Position numbers and translations under genes: made by a program. From positions 1-43,951 of the forward strand of contig JAYTHU010000025.1 in NCBI GenBank assembly GCA_043732305.1: a stretch of DNA of 43,951 nucleotides. Reading direction: 5' to 3'. The DNA comes from Oligoflexia bacterium. Lineage in GTDB: Bacteria; Bdellovibrionota; Bdellovibrionia; JABDDW01. Shown here piece after piece: positions 18,143 through 28,539 of this stretch (the first letter of the stretch is position 1; the number at the start of each line of letters is the position of its first letter). The notes under the pieces were generated by a model. It saw only the letters and a program-made list of their open reading frames with translations, did not search any database and was not told the origin of the DNA.

Positions 18143-20239
18143 TTAAAATTCGGTGCTGCTATCCCCGACGGCAGCATCCCTGAAAGTCAACTCCTGAAGT
18201 TCCAAGCGTTTAACCTCATCGCGTAAAGCAGCAGCTTCTTCAAAATCTAATTTTTCAGCTGATTTCTTCATATCTTTTTTGAGTTTCAGAATCTGTTTCT
18301 GAATTCCCGCTAAAGACATTTCATAAATCTTTTGGGGTCCAGATAATTTTGGTCCACCCTTTTTGGCCACGTAAGGAACATATTTTTCAGCAGCCCGCAA
18401 ATATTCGTCCGACTGCCTTGAATATATATCTTCCGTCGTTTCCTGAATAGCTTTTCTAATCGATTGCGGCGTAACTTTATGTTTCGTGTTGTAAATCGCT
18501 TGGATTCCACGACGTCTCGTCGTTTCCGAAATCGCCTTCGCCATAGAATCAGTAATGCGGTCAGCATACAAAATCACTTTACCTTCAAGATGTCTTGCCG
18601 CTCGACCGATCGTTTGTATAAGCGAACGCTCTGACCTTAAAAACCCTTCTTTATCCGCATCGAGAATTCCGACCAAGCTGACTTCGGGAATATCCAAACC
18701 TTCGCGGAGCAAATTAATACCGACGAGAACATCGCAAACACCGAGACGCAAATCTCGAATAATCGCGGAGCGCTCAAGCGTGTGAATTTCACTGTGCAGG
18801 TACTTAACTTTAATTCCAGCGCCTTGGAAATAATCAGTGAGATCTTCCGCCATGCGCTTTGTCAATGTGGTCACGAGCACTCGCTCTTTTTTCTCTATGC
18901 GCAAACGAGCTTCTTTCAACAGATCATCGACCTGAAACTTAGCTGGACGCACCTCAAGTATGGGATCAAGCAGAAATGTTGGCCGAATGATCTGCTCTAC
19001 AATCAAGCCTTCGGATTTTTGCAAATCATAAGGACCGGGTGTGGCCGAAACGTAAACAACTTTATCCATCAGACCTTCAAACTCTTGAAAATTCAACGGA
19101 CGATTATCAAGAGCGCTAGGTAAGCGGAAACCGTGATCCACCAATGTCATTTTTCGAGATCTATCACCACGATACATTCCGCCAATTTGCGGCACGGTGA
19201 CATGACTTTCATCAATAAATGTAATGAAATCTTTGGGAAAGTATTCAATTAATGTTGGCGGCGCTTCGCCGGAAGGTCTTCCAGTGAAGTGACGCGAATA
19301 GTTTTCGATCCCTTGGCAAAAACCAATCTCTTCAATCATTTCGATATCAAAATATGTTCTTTGCTCCAGGCGCTGAGCTTCGACCAAACGCATATTAGCT
19401 TTGAGATCTTTGATACGATCACGAAGCTCTTCCTGGATCGTAACAATCGCCTTTTTACTTCGATCGGGACTAGTCACATAATGACTTCCTGGATAAATAG
19501 AAACTCGCTCGACTTTATCGAGCACTACTCCGCGAAGCGGGTCAACGTAACTGATGCTCTCAATATAATTTCCGAAGAATTCAATTCGAATGGCCCGGTC
19601 GTCCTCATAGGATGGAATAACCTCTACAATATCACCGCGCACACGGAAAGTAGCTCTGTGAAAATCGACATCGTTTCGCTCGTATTGAATGTCTATAAGT
19701 TGTCGTAGAAATTCATCCCGCTTTTTCTCTTCACCAGCGGTCAGCACTATCACCATGCCTTCGTAAGCCTCGGGGCTTCCAAGACCATAGATGCAGGAGA
19801 CCGAAGCCACAATGATCACGTCAGAGCGATCGAAGAGGGATCGTGTTGCTGAGTGGCGCATGCGATCAATCTGTTCGTTGATTGCCGAGTCCTTTTCGAT
19901 GAATGTATCCGATGAAGGAATGTAAGCCTCTGGCTGATAGTAATCGTAATAGCTAACAAAATATTCCACGGCATTGTGCGGGAAAAGCTGTTTGAACTCC
20001 CCATACAATTGACCTGCTAAAGTTTTATTTGGAGCGAGAATAAGTGCCGGGCGCCCCATCTCTTGGATCGTGTGGGCCATTGAAAATGTTTTACCAGAGC
20101 CAGTGATACCCAAAAGCGTTTGATGCTTATGCCCAGTTCGAAAATTTTCTAGCATTTGGGCAATAGCTGCCGGTTGATCGCCTTGAGGTTGAAAAGGAGA
20201 AACAAGTTTAAAAGGCGTTTTTACTTTTTCACTTCCCAT
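18143..20239 (-). CDS. uvrB: Excinuclease ABC subunit B
   Basis: [40 protein letters not shown] and a C-terminal UVR domain. Confidence 0.98.
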   Translation of the reverse strand: MGSEKVKTPFKLVSPFQPQGDQPAAIAQMLENFRTGHKHQTLLGITGSGKTFSMAHTIQEMGRPALILAPNKTLAGQLYGEFKQLFPHNAVEYFVSYYDYYQPEAYIPSSDTFIEKDSAINEQIDRMRHSATRSLFDRSDVIIVASVSCIYGLGSPEAYEGMVIVLTAGEEKKRDEFLRQLIDIQYERNDVDFHRATFRVRGDIVEVIPSYEDDRAIRIEFFGNYIESISYVDPLRGVVLDKVERVSIYPGSHYVTSPDRSKKAIVTIQEELRDRIKDLKANMRLVEAQRLEQRTYFDIEMIEEIGFCQGIENYSRHFTGRPSGEAPPTLIEYFPKDFITFIDESHVTVPQIGGMYRGDRSRKMTLVDHGFRLPSALDNRPLNFQEFEGLMDKVVYVSATPGPYDLQKSEGLIVEQIIRPTFLLDPILEVRPAKFQVDDLLKEARLRIEKKERVLVTTLTKRMAEDLTDYFQGAGIKVKYLHSEIHTLERSAIIRDLRLGVCDVLVGINLLREGLDIPEVSLVGILDADKEGFLRSERSLIQTIGRAARHLEGKVILYADRITDSMAKAISETTRRRGIQAIYNTKHKVTPQSIRKAIQETTEDIYSRQSDEYLRAAEKYVPYVAKKGGPKLSGPQKIYEMSLAGIQKQILKLKKDMKKSAEKLDFEEAAALRDEVKRLELQELTFRDAAVGDSSTEF

Positions 20240-21735
20240 AGACTTCCTTCGCCGGAATCTCTAACTTCAATTCCGAGTAGAGTGAGTTCATCACGAATGA
20301 GATCTGAGGTTTTAAAATCCTTATCGAGTCGAGCGCTCCATCTTTCCGAAACACGTTTTTGAATCACATCTCGCGATAAATCTTTTTGTTTAAGTAAAAG
20401 ATCGTCGAGTTGTACCAAAAATTCTTGTGGCGGCTTCTGAAACAGTGACATCAGCGCACCTACTTCACTCACCAACTCTATAAAACGATGACTTGAGTTG
20501 GCCAATTGCTGAGTAGGCTTCATATTCGGTTTCAGAAGAGCATTATAACTACGCACTAAATTAAAAATTTCAGCCATGATCTCAGGAGTATTGAAATCAT
20601 CTTTTGCAGCCCGTTTCAAGCAATTCCAAAAATCAAAGCTTTTTTGTCCGAACCCTTTAGGATCAAGCATATCAGCCGGAGACTTGATAGCTGCTGCGTC
20701 AACTTTAAGCTCTGCGTTAGCACAAGCTTTCAAGTTCTCTTCAGCGCGAGCAAGGCCCGAATAAATTCTAGCCAACCCAGATATCGCATGATGAATAACG
20801 GTATCTGAAAAGTCGGAGGGAGAACGGTAGTGAGATGACAAAATCAAAAATTTTAAAATCTCACCATTATATTTTTCTACAAAATTTCTGGCGGTAAAAA
20901 TATTTCCCAAACTCTTGGACATCTTATCTTTACCCATATTGATAAAGTTATTGTGCATCCAGTAGTTGACCATTTTTTTGCCGTTCGCAGATTCGCTCTG
21001 AGCGATTTCATTTTCATGGTGTGGGAAGATTAAATCGATTCCGCCGCCGTGAATATCAAAGCTGTCACCCAAGTGCTTTTTAGCCATGGCCGAGCATTCA
21101 ATATGCCATCCAGGTCGACCATTTCCCCAAGGTGATTCCCATGAAGGTTCGCCCGGTTTTGCAGGTTTCCAAAGACTGAAATCCAAAGGATTTTTCTTCT
21201 TTTCGCCAATTTCCACGCGAGCACCGGCAATTAAATCTTCGATATTTTTATGACTGAGTTTTCCGTAATCTTTGATTTTTTCGATCGAGCAAAAAACTTC
21301 GCCATCCACAACGTAGGCAGCTCCGTTTTTAATGATCTCTTCTGTCATAGCGACAATTTCATGAATGTGATCGGTCACTCGAGGCGTGATACGCGTGACT
21401 TGAGGATCGCCAGCAAACGTGTTTAATCCAACAGCAGCGAAATCTTTTTCGAATTCACTGATGTACTTATCTGCTAATTCTTTGGTGCTCACGTTTTCTT
21501 TAGCGGCCTGCTGAATAATTTTATCATCTACGTCCGTATAATTAAAAACGAAAGTGACTTTTTTGCCGATCAATTTGAAGTAGCTGGTCACGAAATTAAA
21601 AAAGATGGGCCCGCGGAAATTCCCGACGTGCAAAAGATTATAAACGGTTGGCCCGCAGAGATAAATTTTTATCATCTCCGGATCAAGCGGAACAAATTCT
21701 TCTTTGGTTTGTGTCAGGGTGTTATAAATTCTCAA
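20221..21735 (-). CDS. cysS: Cysteine--tRNA ligase
   Basis: [37 protein letters not shown] and KMSKS; TTG start. Confidence 0.98.
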   Translation of the reverse strand: MRIYNTLTQTKEEFVPLDPEMIKIYLCGPTVYNLLHVGNFRGPIFFNFVTSYFKLIGKKVTFVFNYTDVDDKIIQQAAKENVSTKELADKYISEFEKDFAAVGLNTFAGDPQVTRITPRVTDHIHEIVAMTEEIIKNGAAYVVDGEVFCSIEKIKDYGKLSHKNIEDLIAGARVEIGEKKKNPLDFSLWKPAKPGEPSWESPWGNGRPGWHIECSAMAKKHLGDSFDIHGGGIDLIFPHHENEIAQSESANGKKMVNYWMHNNFINMGKDKMSKSLGNIFTARNFVEKYNGEILKFLILSSHYRSPSDFSDTVIHHAISGLARIYSGLARAEENLKACANAELKVDAAAIKSPADMLDPKGFGQKSFDFWNCLKRAAKDDFNTPEIMAEIFNLVRSYNALLKPNMKPTQQLANSSHRFIELVSEVGALMSLFQKPPQEFLVQLDDLLLKQKDLSRDVIQKRVSERWSARLDKDFKTSDLIRDELTLLGIEVRDSGEGSLWEVKK

Positions 21736-21736
21736 C

Positions 21737-23233
21737 TTATTTCGCCTTCATCGCTTTTTCAGCTCTTAAAATTAAACTTTTTTTCTTCATAAGTGGAACC
21801 AATTGCTTGAGTTCAGCACCATGAGGTCTTCCTATAATCGCAACTCTCAGAGCAAAGAATAAATCTTTACCCTTCACTTTAGCGGTCTCTTGAATCTTTT
21901 TCTGCATTTCTAAAAACTGAACTTCGGTAAAATCCTCGCCACTGTGTTCATTGATTAAACTGACCCAACTGTTTATCACGAGATCAGTTGTGGGCCATTT
22001 CAAAACATCAAGACCTTCGGGCTCAACGGCATAATGCGAATCACTTAAAGTCCTGTAGAGAGGCACTGCTTCGAGCAAAGTTTCGAACGCCGTTTTCATA
22101 ACGGCTAAAGATTTCTCAATCCAATCGGGCGTAACGTCATCAAAATTTTGCCCATCAGCCTTCAAAAAAGGCTGAATAAGCTGCCATAGTTCCGCGGGAG
22201 GTAAAGCACGTATGTACTGCGCGTTCATCCATTTCAGTTTCACCGGATCAAAGACTGCGCCGGCGGCATGAAGCCTCGAAAGGTCAAAACTAGAAATCAT
22301 TTCTTTCAAAGACATGATTTCTTTGGCTTCGGGATGTGACCAACCCAATAGCAAAACAAAATTCTTCAACGCCTCAGGAAGATAACCTTCCTGCTTGAAT
22401 TCATGACAGCTGGTAGCACCTTTGCGTTTGGACAATTTTTGACGATCTTCATCCAAAACTAAACTCAAGTGGCCAAACTGTGGAGCTTCCCAATTCATAG
22501 CTTCGTAAAGCATGAGTTGCCTGAGGGTGTTTGGCAAGTGCTCCTCAGCTCTTAAAACATGAGTCATTTTCATTTTATAATCGTCAACAACGCAGCAAAA
22601 ATTGTACACAGGCATGCCGTCAGACCTAAGCATGATAAAATCACCAACCATGTCCGATGGAAATTTAATTTCTCCACGAACTAAGTCTTTGACCAGATAA
22701 TCTTTTTTAAGTTGGCGAGTTTTAAACCTCACCACCGCTTTTTCACCGCTCTTGATTTTTTCCAAAGCCAAATCCAATGGGGAATTTTCCCATGGGCTTT
22801 CCACATGAGGAGGTCGACTTTGCGCTTTGAGTGAATCACGTTGCTTAGTGATTTCTTCATCGGACATGAAGCAATAATAGGCTTTGCCATTATTAATCAG
22901 CTCTTGGGCAACTTCTTGATAAATGCTCAACCTTCGACTCTGACGATAAGGACCCATCGATCCAATCTCTTCAATAGCGCCTGAAGATTCTACTCCAGCA
23001 CCCTCTGCTTTAGGACCTTCATCCCAAAGCAGGTTGAGCCAAACGAGATCTTCCATCACCATTTTGAGGGCTTCATCAGTGCTGCGAGCTTGATCGGTAT
23101 CTTCTATACGGAGAATAAAATCTCCACCCATTTTTTTGGCGTAGAGATAATTGTAAAGTGCGGTCCGCGCGCCGCCCACGTGTAAATATCCCGTGGGTGA
23201 CGGGGCAAATCTGACTCTGACTTTGTTGTTCAT
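21737..23233 (-). CDS. gltX: Glutamate--tRNA ligase
   Basis: RFAPSPTGYLHVGG, LRIEDTD and KLSKR. Confidence 0.97.
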   Translation of the reverse strand: MNNKVRVRFAPSPTGYLHVGGARTALYNYLYAKKMGGDFILRIEDTDQARSTDEALKMVMEDLVWLNLLWDEGPKAEGAGVESSGAIEEIGSMGPYRQSRRLSIYQEVAQELINNGKAYYCFMSDEEITKQRDSLKAQSRPPHVESPWENSPLDLALEKIKSGEKAVVRFKTRQLKKDYLVKDLVRGEIKFPSDMVGDFIMLRSDGMPVYNFCCVVDDYKMKMTHVLRAEEHLPNTLRQLMLYEAMNWEAPQFGHLSLVLDEDRQKLSKRKGATSCHEFKQEGYLPEALKNFVLLLGWSHPEAKEIMSLKEMISSFDLSRLHAAGAVFDPVKLKWMNAQYIRALPPAELWQLIQPFLKADGQNFDDVTPDWIEKSLAVMKTAFETLLEAVPLYRTLSDSHYAVEPEGLDVLKWPTTDLVINSWVSLINEHSGEDFTEVQFLEMQKKIQETAKVKGKDLFFALRVAIIGRPHGAELKQLVPLMKKKSLILRAEKAMKAK

Positions 23234-23240
23234 AATTTAT

Positions 23241-23774
23241 TTAGATTTTCTTGGAGGAAGCCATCGCTGCGGGAGTTACTTCTTCATCATCGATTCCGAA
23301 GATGTCGCGAACTTCTGTTTCAACCTTTTGCTCATTGGTCTGCTTAGCCAAAGACAATTCTTTGATCAAAAGGCCACGTGCAGTGTCCAACATTTTTCTT
23401 TCACCAAAACTCAGTTCTTTGTCGATCTTCAAAAGGAAGAGATCGCGCAAAACTTCGGCGATTTCATAGATGCTGCCGGTCTTGATTTTTTCCATGTATT
23501 CACGATAACGACGATTCCATGTTTGGTTGTCGATCTTGATGTTTTTCTTGCGCAAAATTTTAAAAACTTCGCCTGCTTCTTTTTTGGAAATGATCGCACG
23601 CAAACCGACGCTGGCCACGTTGTCTTTAGGAATCATGATCTTCATACCGTTTTCCAAAATTTGGATCGTGTAGAAAGTCTGTTTCTTTCCGAAAATTTCC
23701 TTAGTCTCAATGGCTTTGACAACTCCCACACCATGTCCGGGATATACTGCGTTGTCTCCAACTTTAAATGCCAT
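23241..23774 (-). CDS. carD: CarD/CdnL-family RNA-polymerase-binding transcription factor
   Basis: FKVGD.AVYPGHGVG and the conserved WNRRYR. The start is moved to the ATG at 23774, which has the SD GAGG. Confidence 0.93.
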   Translation of the reverse strand: MAFKVGDNAVYPGHGVGVVKAIETKEIFGKKQTFYTIQILENGMKIMIPKDNVASVGLRAIISKKEAGEVFKILRKKNIKIDNQTWNRRYREYMEKIKTGSIYEIAEVLRDLFLLKIDKELSFGERKMLDTARGLLIKELSLAKQTNEQKVETEVRDIFGIDDEEVTPAAMASSKKI

Positions 23775-23836
23775 TAATGTCCTCACATCTGCTCGATAGA
23801 GTCTTTGCGTCATTGCTAGATTTATGAGCCATCCAA

Positions 23837-23865
23837 TTTATACCACTATTGGGCATAGGGGTCAA
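23837..23865 (-). promoter_or_regulatory. sigma70-type promoter of the carD operon
   Basis: TTGACC, 17 nt, TATAAA, with an extended TGn. Confidence 0.55.
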
Positions 23866-23893
23866 TTGAAGCCGCAGGATGAATGTCTAGCAT

Positions 23894-23927
23894 AATAAAA
23901 CACCCCGTAATCGCTCACGGAGTGTTT
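23894..23927 (-). terminator. Intrinsic terminator downstream of the S8 protease
   Basis: AAACACTCCGT-GAGCGATT-ACGGGGTGTTT followed by TATT on the minus strand. Confidence 0.65.
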
Positions 23928-23960
23928 AACGCATCATACTATAGTGCAAAGATGAACTAT

Positions 23961-26129
23961 TTATAGTGTGTTCCAAACAATAGCAAAGGGCTGCCCGCCC
24001 GAAGTTGAAGGCTGCGGCACATTTGTAGCCTTAACATACACGGTGTAAGCTCCAGAAATTGAAGCATCGAACTCCACCATTTCCACATTGTTTTTGTGAT
24101 CCGGTCCGCTCAAGTGATTGGGGTAATAGATTTTTCCTTGAGCGTCAGTGACAAACAAATCGAGATCATTCACCAAAGCTTGAGCGGCACTCGCCGTGCC
24201 GGGTGCATCGGTGTAGGCCATCGTCACGCGAATCTTAGTGCCTGCGGGAATGTTTTCAAGGCCCTGAGAATATTTCGCTCCTTGGCCAGTTTTGAGCCCC
24301 ACTCTTTCATCGGCAATCAGAAAGTGCGCCCCAGTGACGGCATCCATATCGACGCGGCCATAACCTTCATTCATATTTGGACGAGTGGATCCCAACTCTT
24401 GTCCAACTCCCGTTCCAAATTGTCCGGGATAAAGATCATGCGCATTGTGAATTAAAATTGCTTTCACCATTGCGGCAGAAGGATTTTTTCCGAGTATCTT
24501 TTTAGCGTACTGGTGGGTGATAGCAGCTGCGCCAGCAGTGAGCGGTGTGGACATAGATGTACCACCAGCATAAGCATAATATTTGTTGTAAGGCGCCCAG
24601 AGAGGAGTTGCTTTGGGATCTTGGGATCTCGTTGAAACAATATTTGTTCCAGGAGCCACAATGTCTGGCTTGAGGCGACCATCTTGCGTCGGTCCAATGC
24701 TGCTGAAGGGAGCCATTCCATTAGGATTATCAGAAAGCGTGCTCGAAGCGAGTGGCTCAGCAGCCCAGCTTCCACTCTTTGCATCTCGCATATGTTTTTG
24801 CATTCCACCAGTGAGAATGAGATTTTTGCTAGCCCCGACAGTCAGGCAATTTTTTGCAGTGGCAGGACTATCGACTGAACCCGGATCAATATGTCCATCA
24901 CCATCCGCATCCACGCCCGAATTTCCTGCAGCAAAAACGAGGAGTAAATCGGGGTTCTTCCACATGATGTCGTCAACAAGAGCGGCGGCCGAATCGTAGA
25001 CCCCCGCGCTATTTGATCCCCAACTATCGGAATGAATATTTACGCCATCTTTTTGATGAACGCTCACAAACAAATCTTGTAGATTCAATCCGACCATCGC
25101 AACAATACCGAAAGGCATGCTTAGACTTTCTTCTATCAGTCTGGCGCCATAAGCACCGCCCCTTATCAGTCCACCGGAGTTTGTTCCTAAACTTGCAACC
25201 GAGCCGGCAGTGTGCGTGCCATGTCCTTCGGAATCATTCCACGAGTGAGAAAGAAAACCTTTGGCGTAACCCTTGGTCACTTGACCTTGAAAGTCCGCGA
25301 GAATATTAGTGGTAGATCCGTGATCGAGTCCTGTATCTCCGAGTGCGACTGTTTCGCCTTCGCCGTGGTAACCGCGATTCCAAGCCGCATCAAAATTCAT
25401 AAGCTTGGTGCCAGATTCATAGCCGGTGAGGTCTTTGTAATTCTGGTCCGGGACGGTGGCGTTCGTCTTTAGCCAATCACCGACGCCATTGAATTTATAT
25501 TCCATTGTATGAAACACGGGTGCTGGCTCGACCCATTCGACGCCTTCGACATCGGCGACATCTGCAATTTTGTTTACTGAAACTTCTACAGTTACAGTTC
25601 TCTCAGACAAACCATCAGTGATGTTCGCGCCCAAACTCTGCAAGAGCTGTTTAATTCCTTCTGGCTGTGCGGAGTTCATGAGTTTCAAAACAACTTTTTG
25701 ATTTTCGCCTCTTCTAAACACGGAAGGAGTCTTAAGTCTTCGACTGAGTCTAAGTGAGGTCTTGTAAGGGAAGAGTGCTTTGACAAAAGGCGCTCGGTTG
25801 ACGGCGTCCCAAGCCTGTGCGGTGGCGATCTTGACGATGAATGCGTTGTCGGGGACAAAACTATCGAGTTCCACACCTGAGTTTTGCAATTGAGTTTTCC
25901 ACTCTTCCAAAATGGGACCAGCAAACTGAATCACATAATAAATTCGCGCATTGAAAGCACTAAACCTATTTAAATTAGAAGGCGAATTGGCATTTGCGCT
26001 TTGATCAAAACCAATTGCTTGCATGGCTTGGACAGCGTCGATGGTTTCGTTTTTAAAACGCACCTCGTCTGCTCGCAGCACGCCAGAAACAAAATACACC
26101 AATGCAAATAAAACTATGAATAATTTCAT
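23961..26129 (-). CDS. Secreted S8 subtilisin-like serine protease (KP-43-like) with propeptide and C-terminal beta-sandwich
   Basis: Signal peptide; catalytic motifs GDTGLD, HGTHTAGS, AAGNSG and GTSMSTP; C-terminal LVNDLDL...NNVE. Confidence 0.93.
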   Translation of the reverse strand: MKLFIVLFALVYFVSGVLRADEVRFKNETIDAVQAMQAIGFDQSANANSPSNLNRFSAFNARIYYVIQFAGPILEEWKTQLQNSGVELDSFVPDNAFIVKIATAQAWDAVNRAPFVKALFPYKTSLRLSRRLKTPSVFRRGENQKVVLKLMNSAQPEGIKQLLQSLGANITDGLSERTVTVEVSVNKIADVADVEGVEWVEPAPVFHTMEYKFNGVGDWLKTNATVPDQNYKDLTGYESGTKLMNFDAAWNRGYHGEGETVALGDTGLDHGSTTNILADFQGQVTKGYAKGFLSHSWNDSEGHGTHTAGSVASLGTNSGGLIRGGAYGARLIEESLSMPFGIVAMVGLNLQDLFVSVHQKDGVNIHSDSWGSNSAGVYDSAAALVDDIMWKNPDLLLVFAAGNSGVDADGDGHIDPGSVDSPATAKNCLTVGASKNLILTGGMQKHMRDAKSGSWAAEPLASSTLSDNPNGMAPFSSIGPTQDGRLKPDIVAPGTNIVSTRSQDPKATPLWAPYNKYYAYAGGTSMSTPLTAGAAAITHQYAKKILGKNPSAAMVKAILIHNAHDLYPGQFGTGVGQELGSTRPNMNEGYGRVDMDAVTGAHFLIADERVGLKTGQGAKYSQGLENIPAGTKIRVTMAYTDAPGTASAAQALVNDLDLFVTDAQGKIYYPNHLSGPDHKNNVEMVEFDASISGAYTVYVKATNVPQPSTSGGQPFAIVWNTL

Positions 26130-26429
26130 GTGAACCCCCGTTTACCCTTCTGAAGATCAGATCAAGTACGAGAGCAAGGTGTCAATGTAGTTTTGGCAGG
26201 TTTTATAAATTATTTATGTCAGATCTTGTAAGATTATCGACAAAGACAGTCTCAATGCTGATAGTGAATCATTCGGTGGTGCCCCAAAACACGATGTCAT
26301 TAGGTTGTTTATTTCATTCACGCCACCACGACTCACAGGAATTAGGTGGTGTGTTTCGATCCATCTTGAGTTGTTACAAACCTCTCCTTCTTTATCTAGG
26401 TAGATGCGTTAAAAACTACCAAAAAAGAT

Positions 26430-28526
26430 TTATCCAATTTTCGCAAACAGCAACGAACTCTTCTTCCCGTCCACCACGGCATCACGCAAAATTTTATTAT
26501 CCGGCGAAGTTAAACGAGGATCGTTTTTAAAAATATCAAACGCCGCCGCGCGAGCTTCAATCAAAATATCAATATCGCGAACTAAATTGGCAAGGCGGAA
26601 ACCGGGTAAACCAGATTGACGAGTCCCAAGAAATTCCCCGGCTCCACGAAGCTCCAAATCTTTTTCGGCAATTTTAAAACCGTCATTGGTTTCAGCCATA
26701 ATTGCAAGACGAGCCTTTGCCTCGTCGCTTTGTGCGTAGCCTGTCATCAAAATACAATAACTTTTATCCGAACTTCGACCCACGCGCCCACGCAACTGAT
26801 GAAGTTGCGATAAACCAAATCTCTCCGCATGCTCAATCATAATAATCGTGGCTTGCGGAACGTCAACACCGACCTCAACAACAGTTGTTGAGACCAACAC
26901 TTGCACCGCTCCAGCTTTAAACTGTTTCATCAACTCATCTTTTTCGATAGCTTTCATTCGCCCATGGAGCAGGCCTACTTTGTAAGGTGCAAATTCTTGC
27001 TCTAAAATCTTCGCTTGATCAGTTGCATTTTTGAGATCCATCTTTTCTGTCTCCTCAACCAACGGATAAATCACATACGCTTGTTTTTTGAGAGCAAGCT
27101 GATCGCGAATAAAACCATAAACAACCTGACGTTTAGACTCTTGCGTGATCCGAGTCACAATTGGCAAACGCCCTTTTGGCAGCATGCGAATAATTGATAC
27201 ATCAAGATCGCCGTAGACCGTCATAGCTAAAGTGCGTGGAATTGGAGTCGCGGTCATGACTAAAAAATGTGGACTCAAACCTTTTTTCTTCAGCAAAGCC
27301 CGTTGCTGAACTCCAAAGCGATGCTGCTCGTCTATTACTGTTAGACCCAAACGTAAAAATTCAACATCTTCTTGAATGAGCGCATGAGTGCCAACTATAA
27401 ATTGAAACTCGCCGGAAGCGATTTTCCGCTTCACTTCACGAGAATCTTTTTCTTTTTGACCACCCACTAAAAGTCCAACGGATATTCCCAGAGGCTCAAA
27501 AATTTCTCGCGCTTTTAAGTAATGCTGTTCTGCTAAAATTTCTGTAGGCGCCATCAGGGCTACCTGAAAACCATTTTCGATAATCATGGCTGCCGATAAA
27601 AAAGCAACCACGGTTTTTCCGCAACCAACATCCCCCTGCACCAAACGATGCATAGGATGAGGGTTTAAAAGATCTTGCGTGATTTCGGCAATGACGTTTT
27701 CTTGATCGTCGGTCAAAGAGAAGCTCAGAGACTTTCTCATTTTAGCAGAAAAGGAAGTCATGGCTTTCATTGGCGGAGCTTTTTCTCGAATCACGCCCGC
27801 TCGAGTTTGTGCCAAAAGTAATTCTAACCAAAAAAATTCTTCAAAAATCAAACGTTTCTGAAATGGTGATTTAAACCCCTGCCATACCGCAATGTTGTCA
27901 TCTCCAGGAAAATGAACTTTTTCTAAAGCCAGTTTTAAATGTGGCAAATCTATTTTTTTCAACAACCACTCAGGTAAAGTTTCTTGAATCTGCTCGCCCA
28001 CATTTTCAAAAGAGGCTTTCACAATTTTATGAATCATCTTTTGGTTCAAGCCTTCAGTTTCGGAGTAAATAGGCAGCAAACCTTTATCGGCTTCGGTCAA
28101 GCCGGCTTCGATTTCACGCTTCTGCATATCAGGATGGTGAATCTCCAATATGTTTCGGTAATGCTTCACTTCCCCCGTCACTCGAACCCATTCACCAGGC
28201 TTGAAAGATTGGAAATAATTTCGAAACGGAACTCGAAACCATTTCCCCGATATACGTCCAGTGTCATCTTTGAAAACGACTTCGTAAATGCGCCGAGTTG
28301 ATCTGCCCATTGGAATTTCGCGGATCGCGCCAATCTGAGCCATGAACGACGTAGTTTCTCCTGGACGAAGATCTGTAATATTCTTAACTGCTTTGAGATC
28401 TTCGTAAGATCGAGGAAACCACGTGAGAACATCGCCGACTTTGTGAATGTCTTTCCTAGACAAGAGGGCAGCTATTTTTGGACCAACGCCCTTAAGAAAT
28501 TGTATGGAAGTATCAAATTCAATCAT
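26430..28526 (-). CDS. recG: ATP-dependent DNA helicase RecG
   Basis: QGDVGCGKT, DEQHRFGV, MTATPIPRTL and QLHQLRGRVGR. Confidence 0.98.
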   Translation of the reverse strand: MIEFDTSIQFLKGVGPKIAALLSRKDIHKVGDVLTWFPRSYEDLKAVKNITDLRPGETTSFMAQIGAIREIPMGRSTRRIYEVVFKDDTGRISGKWFRVPFRNYFQSFKPGEWVRVTGEVKHYRNILEIHHPDMQKREIEAGLTEADKGLLPIYSETEGLNQKMIHKIVKASFENVGEQIQETLPEWLLKKIDLPHLKLALEKVHFPGDDNIAVWQGFKSPFQKRLIFEEFFWLELLLAQTRAGVIREKAPPMKAMTSFSAKMRKSLSFSLTDDQENVIAEITQDLLNPHPMHRLVQGDVGCGKTVVAFLSAAMIIENGFQVALMAPTEILAEQHYLKAREIFEPLGISVGLLVGGQKEKDSREVKRKIASGEFQFIVGTHALIQEDVEFLRLGLTVIDEQHRFGVQQRALLKKKGLSPHFLVMTATPIPRTLAMTVYGDLDVSIIRMLPKGRLPIVTRITQESKRQVVYGFIRDQLALKKQAYVIYPLVEETEKMDLKNATDQAKILEQEFAPYKVGLLHGRMKAIEKDELMKQFKAGAVQVLVSTTVVEVGVDVPQATIIMIEHAERFGLSQLHQLRGRVGRSSDKSYCILMTGYAQSDEAKARLAIMAETNDGFKIAEKDLELRGAGEFLGTRQSGLPGFRLANLVRDIDILIEARAAAFDIFKNDPRLTSPDNKILRDAVVDGKKSSLLFAKIG

Positions 28527-28539
28527 TCATAATAATGTA
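28527..28539. promoter_or_regulatory. Possible bidirectional leaderless promoter between recG and the HD-GYP gene
   Basis: Top strand CATAAT-N6-ATG(28540); bottom strand TACATT-N7-ATG(28526). The -35 elements are weak. Confidence 0.4.

Noticed and set aside
23193..23777. 194-aa plus-strand ORF and similar antisense ORFs over recJ, secDF, uvrB and recG
   Set aside because: They lie opposite well-conserved genes and have no independent coding signals.
28447..28539. Upstream extension of the HD-GYP ORF
   Set aside because: It overlaps the recG 5' end on the opposite strand, and a better start exists at 28540.
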